Shown in pieces: positions 28,723-39,000 of a stretch of DNA of 64,000 nt. The stretch's first letter is position 1; each line of letters opens with the position of its first letter. The position numbers and the translations under genes are program-made. The notes below the pieces were generated by a model. It ran no database searches and had not been told where the DNA came from. It was given only the letters and a program-made list of their open reading frames with translations. This stretch comes from an uncultured delta proteobacterium (lineage in GTDB: Bacteria; Desulfobacterota; Desulfobaccia; Desulfobaccales; 0-14-0-80-60-11). The stretch is taken from the NCBI GenBank assembly GCA_963812015.1, contig CAWETI010000003.1:1376001-1440000 (forward strand), read 5' to 3'.

Positions 28723-29505
28723 TTATAAGATTCCCCACTTTTTGGCCCGCTCTTCATAGGCCGGCGGAAAGCTCGGGGAGAAATTCTGGTAAAAGGTGAT
28801 AGGGTAGCGGGCCCCGATCCTTTTGCCGGCCTCTTTCAGCCCCACCAGGAGCCCTTCCAGGAACTTGCCGGGAAAGGCCACCACCATCTCATCGTCCTGG
28901 GTCATGGAAAAGATGCGGTCGCCCATACCGGGAATGGCCACTTTGAACTCTCCGGTACGGTAGGGGGCGATGAGGTACTCGCTGCATTCCACCTTGCCGC
29001 CGAATTCCCCGCTGACCCGTGCTCCCAGGCTGAAGGTGGCCGCCTGGATGAGGCGCATGAGCTGGGCCGGGTTGCCGTAAACCACCACCACATCCGGGTC
29101 CAGGGCCAGGCGCTCCAGGGGACAGAGGTAGACGGCCCCAACCTCCTGGGGCTCGAAGCGGGGCAGGGCTTCCACCTCTTTGAGGGCCGGGCCCAGGGCC
29201 GAGTGAAATCCCACTTCACAGAAGAGCTGCCCCAGCTCCATTATCGGGTCGGCGGCCGGCGTAAAGCCGAAGACCAGCATACCGGGCACGCAGATGAGAT
29301 CCTCCTGGGTCAGCCCCACGGGCCAGCCATATACCCGGGCCATGGTGACCCCCTGGCAGATGGTCACTTTCTTGCCGAACACCTTGGAAGGCTGCCGCGT
29401 CTTGGGCGGCAGACCGGCGGGGTCTTTAAAAAACTTGACACCGAAGGGCTCGGTCTTAAGGCGCATGGTCTCTTTCAGTTGGACAGCCGCAGCTTTATAA
29501 TCCAT
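28723..29505 (-). CDS. DUF169-family protein
   Basis: TICQ..ARVYG, LIC, YGNPAQLMRL, PGMGDR pattern. Confidence 0.75.
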   Translation of the reverse strand: MDYKAAAVQLKETMRLKTEPFGVKFFKDPAGLPPKTRQPSKVFGKKVTICQGVTMARVYGWPVGLTQEDLICVPGMLVFGFTPAADPIMELGQLFCEVGFHSALGPALKEVEALPRFEPQEVGAVYLCPLERLALDPDVVVVYGNPAQLMRLIQAATFSLGARVSGEFGGKVECSEYLIAPYRTGEFKVAIPGMGDRIFSMTQDDEMVVAFPGKFLEGLLVGLKEAGKRIGARYPITFYQNFSPSFPPAYEERAKKWGIL

Positions 29506-29789
29506 AGTCTTCCCTTCTCAGCGTGATGGCGCCAGGCATGTAACCCCGGTCGCATAATGTTTGATAGTAAGACCTCGACCGGCGGGATGCAAGCACACCG
29601 CTCCTTTTCCCTTGGCCTACCAGATGGTTAAGGATAGAATGCCAGTCTAAGCAGGAAATGCAGGGTCGTTTCACGCGCCATAAGACGGCCGTGAATCGCG
29701 CCCTACTCGGCGTGATTTCAGCAGCGAACGCACCGATCTTGCCTTGCCAATCCTCAGAGAAGAGGTGTTGCCGAACTAAATCAGCCGCT

Positions 29790-32540
29790 ATGTCTACGGA
29801 ATCCCTTAATTTCCATACACTCACACCGGAACAGGTCTTTGCAGCCCTGGAGACTGGGCCTCAGGGGTTGAGCGATACCGCCGCCCTGGAGCGTTTGGAG
29901 CGCTACGGCCCCAATGAACTGGCCGCGGGCAAAACCATTTCTGCCTGGCGCATCCTGTTCCGCCAGTTTGCCAACCTTTTGATCGCCATCCTGCTGGCGG
30001 CCACGGTGATCTCCTTTTTCTTGGGGGAACGCCTGGATGCCTGGGTCATTTTGGCCATTGTGCTGGCCTGCGTGGTGCTGGGTTTTGTTCAGGAATACCG
30101 GGCCGAACAGGCGGCGGCGGCCTTAAAGAAGTTGGCGGCGCCGGCGGCCACCGTGATCCGTGGCGGCAAAGAGCGGGAAATTCATGCCCGGGAAGTGGTG
30201 CCGGGAGACGTGCTGGTTTTGCATACCGGCGACCGGGTGGCCGCCGATGCGCGTTTGCTGGAGGTGATCAACCTGAAGGCGGACGAGGCTCTCCTTACCG
30301 GGGAGTCCACGGCGGCGGGCAAGAATCTGGCCCCGATGGCCGACCCCGACAAGGCCGTAGCCGACCGGAAGTGCATGGTGTTCGGGGGCACGGTGATCAC
30401 TTATGGCCGGGGCCGGGCTGTGGTCACCGCCACCGGCATGGACACGGAGTTCGGCAAGATTGCCCGGATGCTGGAAGACGTGACCGAGGAGGCGACCCCC
30501 CTGGAAGTCCGCATGGCCGCTATCGGCCGGGTCTTGTCGATTATCTGCCTGGGGGTGGCCGCGGGGGCCACACTCCTGGGGGTCTTCCGGGGCCATGCCT
30601 GGCTGGAGATGCTGATTTGGGGGATCAGCCTGGCGGTGGCGGCGGTGCCGGAATCCTTGCCGGCGGTGGTCACCGGGGCACTGGCCATCGGCACGACCCG
30701 CATGGCCCGGAAGAACGCCATTGTCAAGCGCCTGCCGGCCGTGGAGACCATGGGCTGCACCACCGTGATCTGCACCGACAAGACCGGCACCTTGACCAAG
30801 AATGAAATGACGGCCCGTCTCCTCTTCCTGGACGGCGAGCTTATCGACGTCAGCGGCGCGGGGTATGAGCCCGTGGGGGCGTTTTACGCCGATGACGCCC
30901 CGGTGCGCGCCGGCGACTACCCCGTGCTGGCCGGGGCCGCCCGGATCGCCATCTTGTGCAATGACGCCGCCCTGGAGGAAAGCGACGGCAACTGGACGGT
31001 GCGGGGCGATCCCACGGAGGGGGCCCTCCTGGTGTTGGGACGGAAGGCGGGATTTGCCCCCGAGGCGCTTCTCACCGAAGTTCCCCGGGTGGCGGAGATC
31101 CCTTTTTCCTCGGAAGCCAAGCGCATGAGCACCTTTCACCAGGAACCGGAAGGGATACTGATGTGCGTCAAGGGGGCGCCGGAACGCCTGCTGCTCCGGG
31201 CCCGGAAGATGCTGACCGCCCAGGGCGAGCAGGCCATGAGTGCCGGGGACCGCCAGATCGTTCAGGAGCAGGCGGCCCTCATGGCCCACGAGGCGCTCAG
31301 GGTTCTGGGCCTGGCCTACTGCCGTCTTCCCGAGGTGCCCGATCTGGAATCCGTCGGCGCCGACCCGGAATTGGTTTGGGTGGGACTGGTGGGCATGATC
31401 GACCCGCCCCGGCCGGAAGCCGCCGAGGCCGTGGGCCGGTGCCGCCAAGCGGGCATCCGGGTCATCATGGTCACCGGTGACCACCCGGTCACCGCCCAGG
31501 CCATCGCCCGGGAGGTGGGCGTCATCTCCCGGGAGCACAGGTCCCGGGTGGTCCTGACCGGGGAGGAGATTAACCGCCTGAGCGACCCGGAGCTCCAGGA
31601 GGCCCTCCAAGAGGTCCGGGTGTTTGCCCGGGTGGCTCCGGAACATAAGCTCCGCCTGGTGGATATCCTCAAGGCCCAGGGAGAGGTGGTGGCCATGACC
31701 GGGGATGGGGTCAACGACGCCCCGGCCCTGAAACGGGCCGATATCGGCGTGGCCATGGGGATCACCGGCACCGAGGTCACCAAGGAGACCGCGGCCATGA
31801 TCCTGGCGGACGATAACTTCGCCACCCTGGTAGCCGCAGTGGAGGAAGGCCGGGCCATCTTCGACAACATCAAAAAATATCTCATCTTCCTGCTGAGCTG
31901 CAATATCGCCGAGATCCTGGTGCTCACCGGGGCATTTTTCCTGGGGATGCCCCTGCCCCTCATCGCCCTGCAAATCCTCTGGGTCAATCTCACCACCGAC
32001 GGGTTGCCGGCCCTGGCCCTGGGAGTGGACCCCAAGGCCCCGGACATCATGTCCCGGCCCCCGCGGCCCCCGGCGGAGGGGGTGTTCAGTCTCACCGTCT
32101 CCGGCCTGATGGCGGCAATCTCCCTCTATCTCACCCTCATTCTCATTCCCCTGTTCGGCTATTATTATTACTGGAATCCCTGGGGGCTGAGCGATCCCGA
32201 GATGGTCTTGACCGAGGCCCAGACCATGGTGTTCATCACCCTGGTGCTGGCGGAACTGGTGAACGCCTTCAACTGCCGCTCCGACCACCTGTCGCTGTTC
32301 AAGGTCGGCGTCTTCAAGAACCGCTTCCTGATCCTGTCCGTGGTGGCCTCCCTGGTCATGATGGTCATGGTGATCGAATGGGAGCCGTTGTCGCGCCTGT
32401 TCCATACCACGCCGCTGCGCTGGCAGGACTGGGGGGTGGCGGTGGGACTCAGCCTCACCTTGATTCCGGTCGTGGAGCTGACCAAGTGGCTCATCTGCAG
32501 AAAGGGCCGGTGCGGCGAGCAATCGGCCCCGGCGGGGTGA
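29790..32540 (+). CDS. Cation-transporting P-type ATPase, type IIA (Ca2+-like)
   Basis: TGES, AVPESL, DKTGT, TGDGVND, WVNLTTDGLPA. Confidence 0.93.
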   Translation: MSTESLNFHTLTPEQVFAALETGPQGLSDTAALERLERYGPNELAAGKTISAWRILFRQFANLLIAILLAATVISFFLGERLDAWVILAIVLACVVLGFVQEYRAEQAAAALKKLAAPAATVIRGGKEREIHAREVVPGDVLVLHTGDRVAADARLLEVINLKADEALLTGESTAAGKNLAPMADPDKAVADRKCMVFGGTVITYGRGRAVVTATGMDTEFGKIARMLEDVTEEATPLEVRMAAIGRVLSIICLGVAAGATLLGVFRGHAWLEMLIWGISLAVAAVPESLPAVVTGALAIGTTRMARKNAIVKRLPAVETMGCTTVICTDKTGTLTKNEMTARLLFLDGELIDVSGAGYEPVGAFYADDAPVRAGDYPVLAGAARIAILCNDAALEESDGNWTVRGDPTEGALLVLGRKAGFAPEALLTEVPRVAEIPFSSEAKRMSTFHQEPEGILMCVKGAPERLLLRARKMLTAQGEQAMSAGDRQIVQEQAALMAHEALRVLGLAYCRLPEVPDLESVGADPELVWVGLVGMIDPPRPEAAEAVGRCRQAGIRVIMVTGDHPVTAQAIAREVGVISREHRSRVVLTGEEINRLSDPELQEALQEVRVFARVAPEHKLRLVDILKAQGEVVAMTGDGVNDAPALKRADIGVAMGITGTEVTKETAAMILADDNFATLVAAVEEGRAIFDNIKKYLIFLLSCNIAEILVLTGAFFLGMPLPLIALQILWVNLTTDGLPALALGVDPKAPDIMSRPPRPPAEGVFSLTVSGLMAAISLYLTLILIPLFGYYYYWNPWGLSDPEMVLTEAQTMVFITLVLAELVNAFNCRSDHLSLFKVGVFKNRFLILSVVASLVMMVMVIEWEPLSRLFHTTPLRWQDWGVAVGLSLTLIPVVELTKWLICRKGRCGEQSAPAG

Positions 32541-32736
32541 GGCGCTCAAGCCCCGGGCGATCACGGTGGGAGGACTAGTTGATTTTTCTGGCCCGGACAA
32601 GAGAGGCCCCCGGCGCAGTTGGCGCAGGGGGCCTTCTCAGATCACCAGGTTGCCGCAAAACAGCCTTAGGCGGGTTAGACTGTGGCGATGCCCTGGCGGA
32701 CTCTCCCACAATCCTGCCGGGAAACGCGGCCAGTTC

Positions 32737-33027
32737 CTAATGATGAAATTTGGACTTCATGCTTTGCCAGGTTTTTTTCATCTCATCCAGGGCCCTTTCT
32801 GAGCCTGCCTTGAGTGTCTCCCAGGTTTCGGCGCTGGCCGCCTTGATCTCATCGAGCTTCTGTTGGGCGGCTTCGTTCCGGGCCCGGAACTGGTCAATCT
32901 GCTGATACAGGTGCACCTTGGCGCCGGCGCCGGCCTGGTCAGCCTTGGCCTTCAATTCGGTCAGCTTCGCAGTCCACTCCCGAATCTGGGCCTCCAGCTT
33001 CTCTTGATACGCTTCCTTTAATCCCAT
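32737..33027 (-). CDS. Small coiled-coil hypothetical protein
   Basis: GAGGAGG RBS; YQEKLEAQIREW...WETLKAG pattern of a widespread small helical family. Confidence 0.75.
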   Translation of the reverse strand: MGLKEAYQEKLEAQIREWTAKLTELKAKADQAGAGAKVHLYQQIDQFRARNEAAQQKLDEIKAASAETWETLKAGSERALDEMKKTWQSMKSKFHH

Positions 33028-33041
33028 GGCCTTCAACCTCC

Positions 33042-33125
33042 TCACCAGGATGAGCCGGGTGCGGCAATGTTTCAGGTGAGCAGCAAAACCAACGCCAGGC
33101 CGAGACAGAAAAGCATCTTTTTCAT
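33042..33125 (-). pseudogene. Truncated signal-peptide remnant
   Basis: GAGGA RBS, MKKMLFCLGLALVLLLT-TGA-NIAAPGSSW-TGA. Confidence 0.4.
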
Positions 33126-33674
33126 GTAACTATCCTCGCCTATATAATGATCGCACTGCTTGGTTTTACTTACTTTGGGGCACACTGCCGCGCGGCCGCA
33201 CGGGGAGTTCTCTCCATTTCGGACCGCGTATGAGCATGACATCTCCTCAGCGAATAACCTCGGCGAAATTTGCCGCGAGGCCATTCCGATTGAGCCGGCG
33301 GGCGCTGAACAAACTGGGAAGAGAAAAAAACCGTGAACCGGGGATCAAGCGTGGTCTCGGCCCATGTGTCGAAAAAAATAAGCATAAAATTTAGAGAATC
33401 AAGGGTGATCATCATAACCCCCGATTAATTTACCTGACAGTTCCGTTAATCAAGTCAGGCTTTCGGCCCAGGGGCTGGGCGGGAAGTTCAAGGGCGTAGG
33501 TGGCATTTGGGCTTTACTGCTCAATTAAATTAAAATGAGAGGCCAGTTAAGAATTCGGCTCATTACTTTTCCATAATCTCTGCATACCTCAAATGCGTCA
33601 CTTATTAACGCAAAGATATGCGTAAATCGAACATTTGGTGTGCTATTCCAAAGTGATTAAATTATGGTTAAATT

Positions 33675-33842
33675 CTATTTAATGGAGTTCTTAACCAATA
33701 ATTCGAATGATGCAAAGATGGTTATAATTATTAATGCAAATCCTACTATAATTGCTGAAATCAATACACTGCCGAAATTACTAACGCATGCTTCCGGCAG
33801 GGAATGGCCAACCTGAATTCTCCTGACCTCTTGCAGGTTCAT
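33675..33842 (-). CDS. Small single-TM protein (55 aa)
   Basis: AGGAGG RBS before ATG; one hydrophobic helix; AT-rich. Confidence 0.45.
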   Translation of the reverse strand: MNLQEVRRIQVGHSLPEACVSNFGSVLISAIIVGFALIIITIFASFELLVKNSIK

Positions 33843-34057
33843 TGATACCCTCCTGTAAAATATGGTGGATTCCAGCACTTTTTTATAAAAATATTGATTA
33901 GACGCAGGGTGTGAAAAAATCAGAACTATTTCAGCGCTCCCCGCTTCCCCTAAATTGGATCTGGGGATTAATGCCGGGATTGCCATGATGAATGCGATCC
34001 CCGTTGCTTGTTTGTCGTGCCGGCTTTCCGCGCCCCGGCGGTCCTTTTTGAAATCCG

Positions 34058-34207
34058 TCACCCCTTACCTTTTTTAGAAGCAGGTCTTTTCGCCTGAGGT
34101 TTTTTAGACGCCTGGGTCTTTGATTGCATGGCCAAAGAGGCGGTGGAACCTGCAAAGAATATCAGCCCCGACAGGAGGGCGATGATTACGGTAAAGGTTC
34201 TCAGCAT
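34058..34207 (-). CDS. Small secreted basic peptide
   Basis: Signal-peptide-like MLRTFTVIIALLSGLIFFAGSTASLA followed by a Lys-rich tail; alternative start 34225. Confidence 0.45.
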   Translation of the reverse strand: MLRTFTVIIALLSGLIFFAGSTASLAMQSKTQASKKPQAKRPASKKGKG

Positions 34208-34529
34208 TCTGGACTCCAGTTCCATGAGGTGGCCTTTTGCTCTAGCCAATTTTGTCGTGGAAGGCAAAAAATAATTTTCATTTTTTACCTTTTTATGCCA
34301 CTTTTATGGGGAAAAACATCAGGGGAATACTTGAATCTGAGGGGGGGAGGTGCTGAATTACGTGGGCAAAATACCTAAACTGCCCCTTGGGAAAAGCCTG
34401 AGAGAAGAGGGTATCCTCGCCTTGCCGGGGCAGGCGGAGCCGCCCGGGCGGCCAAAAAAGTCTACCGCCTCAAAGGGTCAGACTTTCCCTTATTAATGTG
34501 GTAATATGCAGGCGCAAAAGGAGGTTGCC

Positions 34530-35036
34530 GTGAAAAGAGCATGCATTTCTCTGAAATCTGCCAGGTATCTCCTGGCTCTGGGGTTGGCGCTGCTGTTCCT
34601 GATGCCGGCCAACGGTTGGGGCGAGACCCTGAAAGTGACCCAGCCCAACCAGTCCCTCTATCCGGACCCGGATTTCGCCGGGACACCCGTCGCTTCGGTG
34701 CCCGTGGGGGCCGAGGTGAACGTGGAGCGCCAGGCCGGCGACTGGTACAAGGTGGAATACCAGGGAAAGACTGGCTGGATTAACCGCCAGGCCTTTCCCG
34801 CGCCCCAGGCCGGCTCCAAATTCAGTCTGTCCGGGATGTTAACCGGCACCCCGGTGAAGCAGACCAGCAGCGACGAAGTGGCGTTGGCCGGTAAGGGCTT
34901 CACGCCGGAGGTGGAGTCCGGTTATCGCTCCAAGCACCCGGAGATGAATTTCGCCCAGGTGGACAAAATTGAGAGCCTTAAAGTGGACCCGGCTACCCTG
35001 CAGGCCTTTATTAAGGAAGGAGACCTGAAACCATGA
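34530..35036 (+). CDS. Secreted SH3b-domain protein
   Basis: AAGGAGG RBS, signal peptide, GDWYKVEYQGKTGWI, C-terminal EVALAGKGF. Confidence 0.8.
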   Translation: MKRACISLKSARYLLALGLALLFLMPANGWGETLKVTQPNQSLYPDPDFAGTPVASVPVGAEVNVERQAGDWYKVEYQGKTGWINRQAFPAPQAGSKFSLSGMLTGTPVKQTSSDEVALAGKGFTPEVESGYRSKHPEMNFAQVDKIESLKVDPATLQAFIKEGDLKP

Positions 35037-35890
35037 GACGCCTGGCCTGTTTGTTTTTGTTGGCCGCGGCGCCCTTGCTGATAGGGGGCTGCACCGCCAT
35101 GTCTGTGGCGCCGGTGGCTGCCATTGCCTACAAGGGCGCGACCAAGGCCTCGGAGGCCTCCCGGCCCATCAACGATTCCGAGGAATATTACGTGGGACGG
35201 GCGGTGGCCGCTCGCATTCTGGGCCAATATAAACTTGACCAGAACGCCAAACTCACCCAATACGTGAATGAAGTGGGGAACACCGTGGCCCGGAAGTCCT
35301 CCCGCCCCAACCCCTTCCGGGGCTACCACTTCGCGGTGCTGGACACCCAAGAGCTCAACGCCTTTGCCTGTCCCGGAGGGACTATCTTCATTACCCGGGG
35401 GCTGATCCAGACCTGCCAAAACGAAGATCAGCTGGCCGCGGTGCTGGCCCATGAGGTGGGCCATGTAGTGAACAAGGACGGCATCAACTCCATCAGCCAG
35501 GCCCGCTGGAGCCAGGTCTTCACCGCCATGGGCACGGAAGCGGTGAAGCAATACGGCGGGGTTGCCGGAAGCCTGGTGTCCTTGTTTGAAGGCTCCATCG
35601 ACGACGTCTGCAAGACCATCGTGGTCAACGGCTACAGCCGCCAGGCGGAAATGGCCGCGGATGCCGCCGCGGTGACGGAACTGCCCCGGGCGGGTTATAA
35701 CCCCAACGCCATGGTGGCCCTCCTCACCACCCTGGAGGCCAAAAGCAAGGGCGCTTCCGGCGGTATCTTCAAGACCCATCCGCCTACCAGTGAGCGCCTG
35801 GCCAAGGTCAAGGACCAGGTGGGCCAGACCCCGGCGGAATCTAAGGGCGAGAAACTTCGCGCCGAGCGGTTTAAGAAGATGGTATCTTAG
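35033..35890 (+). CDS. M48-family zinc metallopeptidase lipoprotein
   Basis: Lipobox IGGC, NAFACPGG, LAHEVGH, E..AD, THP...R. Confidence 0.88.
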   Translation: MRRLACLFLLAAAPLLIGGCTAMSVAPVAAIAYKGATKASEASRPINDSEEYYVGRAVAARILGQYKLDQNAKLTQYVNEVGNTVARKSSRPNPFRGYHFAVLDTQELNAFACPGGTIFITRGLIQTCQNEDQLAAVLAHEVGHVVNKDGINSISQARWSQVFTAMGTEAVKQYGGVAGSLVSLFEGSIDDVCKTIVVNGYSRQAEMAADAAAVTELPRAGYNPNAMVALLTTLEAKSKGASGGIFKTHPPTSERLAKVKDQVGQTPAESKGEKLRAERFKKMVS

Positions 35891-35934
35891 AGGCGGCTTC
35901 CCCGGCGGTTATGAAATTTGGTTAGCCAATCATT

Positions 35935-35963
35935 GTAGGGGCGGGTTTTAAACCCGCCCCTAC
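35935..35963. repeat. REP-like GTAG palindrome, copy 3
   Basis: GTAGGGGCGGGTTTTAAACCCGCCCCTAC between convergent genes. Confidence 0.85.
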
Positions 35964-36028
35964 GTTTTTTCCCACCCGCGATATGGGGTTGGGGGAGGAA
36001 GTCAGAGGGGAGGGCGGGGGGAATTGAC

Positions 36029-39000
36029 TTACGAAACATCCCCCGGCTCTCCCCTCAACTTTGCTTGGCGGCTCGCCTGGAGGTAGAAGATCACCGGCAC
36101 CACCACCAGGGAGAAGGCGGTGGAGGCGAAGAGCCCGAAGATGAAAGACCAGGCCAGGCCCGAGAAGATGGGGTCCAGGGTGATGACCCAGGAGCCGAAC
36201 ATCGCCGCCAGGGCCGTGAGCACGATGGGCCTGAACCGCACTGCCCCGGAGCGCAGCACCGCTTCTTCCAACGGCACCCCCCGGTCCAGGTGGTGATGGA
36301 TGAAGTCGATGAGGATGATGGAGTTGCGCACCACGATGCCGGCCAGGGCGATCATGCCGATCATGGCGGTGGCGGTGAAGTAGATGGGGTTGCCGAAGCC
36401 CTTCACCGGGGAGGTGAAGAGCAGGTTCAAGAGGGCGAACCCGGGCATCACCCCGATCATAGTCAAAGGTATGGCCACCATGATCACCAGGGGCATGGTG
36501 AACGACGACGTCTGGAGCACCAGCAGGATATAGATGCCCACCAGGGCCCCGGCAAAGGCGACCCCCAAATCCCTGAAGACCTGCACGGTTATCTTCCACT
36601 CCCCTTCCCCGGCATAGTTGACCCGGTAGCCCGGCGGCGGCGGGGCCTTGTCCGTCTCGCCCATCAGGTCGAGGATGGCGTTCACCGGGCTTTGCCCTGC
36701 CGTATCCCCGGTGACGAACACCACCCGCTCCAGGTTTTTCCGCATAATGGATTTGGGGGCCAGGTCCAGGTCGAACTGCCCCAGTTCCTGCAAGGGCACC
36801 ATGGTCCCCTGGGGATTCTTGAAGTAGAGCTGCCCCAGGCTCAGGGTGGAGGACCGCCAGGCCTCGGGCCCCCGCAGGAAGATCGACAGAGGCAGGCGCT
36901 CCGGGGCCACGTGGACCCGGCCCACCGCCTCACCGGCCTCGGCGATGGCCAGACCCCGGACGATCTGAGCCTGGTTCAAGCCGCTCAAGGCCGCCTTTTG
37001 CCGGTCCACCATGAAGCGAAAGCGGGGCTCCGCAGTCGAAACCGAGGTGTCCACGTCCACCACCCCCCGGGTCTTCAGGAAGAACGCCTTTACCCGATCG
37101 GCTTCATTAATAAGGCTGGCGTAGGAGGCCCCCGGCGGCCCGTAGACTTCCCCCACCAGGGTCTGGAGCACCGGCGGCCCCGGCGGCACTTCGGCGATCT
37201 TGAGGCGCACCTTGTATTTCCGGGCGATCTCCTCCATGGCCGGACGGACCCACAGAGTGACGGCATGGCTGGCCGCGGAGCGCCGCTCCTTATCCGCCAG
37301 GTTGACCCGAATCTGCCCCACCCACGGACCCTGCATGAGGTAGTAGTGGCGCACTAGGCCGTTGAAATCGATGGGTGCGCCCTCCCCGGCGAAGGTGACC
37401 ACGTGGTCAACCTCCGAGACCGTAGTCAGATAGCGCCCGAAATCCTTCAGGGCCTCTTGGGTCCTCTCCAGGGGGGCGTCATTGGGCAGGTCCGCCACCA
37501 CCAGAAAATCGTTTTTATTGTCGAACGGCAGCATTTTTAAGGGGACCAGGCCGAACACCGGCAAGAGCACCGAGATCACTAACAGCCCCACCACCCCCAG
37601 GAGAAAGAGGTGGCTCCGGCGGCGACTCTCCAACAGGGGGGTCATGATCCGGGTGTAGACCCGGTAGATCCAGGTCTCTTCCAACACAAAGGGTTTGGGC
37701 TCTTTGCCATACTCCTTCTTGAGGAAATGGTATGTGGCCCAGGGCGTGACGGTGAAGGCGATGGCCAGGCTCATGAGCATGGCCAGGGGTACGTTCAGGG
37801 GCATGGGGCGCATGTAGGGGCCCATCATGCCGGTGACGAAGTACATGGGGATGAAGCTGATGATCACCGTGAAGGTGGCCAGGATAGTGGGGGCCCGCAC
37901 TTCGTCCACCGCCACCAGGGTGGCCTCCAGGGGCGGATGCTCCCGCAGTTGAAAGTGGCGGTGGATATTCTCCACGTCGATGATGGGGTCGTCCACCAGC
38001 AGGCCCAGGGAGAGGATCAAGGCAAACAGGGTCACCCGGTTGATGGTATAGCCGAAAAGCATGTTGCCGGTAAGGGTAATGGCCAAAGTCAGAGGCACCG
38101 CCAGGGCCACGATGAGGGCCTCCCGCCACCCCAGGAACAGGGTCAGGAGCACGGTGATGGACAGCACCGCAATGAGGAGCTCGCGCATGAGCTCGTTGAC
38201 CTTATCGTTGGCGGTGGCGCCGTAGTCCCGGGTCACCTTCACCCGGATGTCCGGGGGGATGACCTCTTTTTGCAGGGCAGTGATCTTGTCCAGGATGCCC
38301 TGGGCCACCGTCACCGCGTTGGTGCCGGTGCGCTTGGCCACGGCCATGGTCACCGCGGGGTAGAACTGGCCGCGCTCGTAGCCCGGAAGGAGCTTGTCGG
38401 CAGGGCCGAAGGCGATGGTGCTAAGCTCCACCGGTTCTTCCGGCCCGTCCACGACCTCGGCCACGTCCTTGAGATAGACCGGCTTGCCCTGGTTGAGGCC
38501 CACCAGCAGGTTGGCCACTTCATCGGCGGACTTGAGAAACGGCCCGGCCTCCACCAAGTATTCCCGGTCTTGCCGGGAGAAATGGCCCGCCGGCAGATTG
38601 ACATTACTGACCTCAATGGCCTGGGCCAGGGCGGCCAGGTCCAGGCCGTGGCCCGCCATCCGGGCCGGGTCGGCCAACACCCGCACCTGGCGTTTGCGGC
38701 CTGCCACCACATAGGAGCGGCCCGTGTCGGGAATGCTCTGGAGGCGATGGAGCAGCTCATCCGCCACCCGGCGCAGCTCGTAGTCGTCGGCCCGGTTGCT
38801 GTACAAGGTCAGGGTGACGATGGGCACGTCGTTGATGCTCATGGGCTTGACCACCCAGCCGGCCACGCCGGAGGGCACCTGGTCGATGTTGGAGAAGACC
38901 TTGTTATAGACCTTAAAGAGGCTGGTCTCGAGGTTTTCCCCCACCTTGAACTTGGCGGTGACGATGGCAAAGCCGTCCCGGGCCTGGGAATAGAGGTCTT

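Noticed and set aside
30123..32600. 825-aa antisense ORF and similar long shadow ORFs (1827-3233, 36065-37357, 37610-39004, 48669-49955)
   Set aside because: Opposite well-supported genes; expected from high GC3 bias; no recognisable motifs
33072..33074. Selenocysteine readthrough of the TGA after the signal peptide
   Set aside because: A second TGA follows 10 codons later, no SECIS-like hairpin and no redox motif
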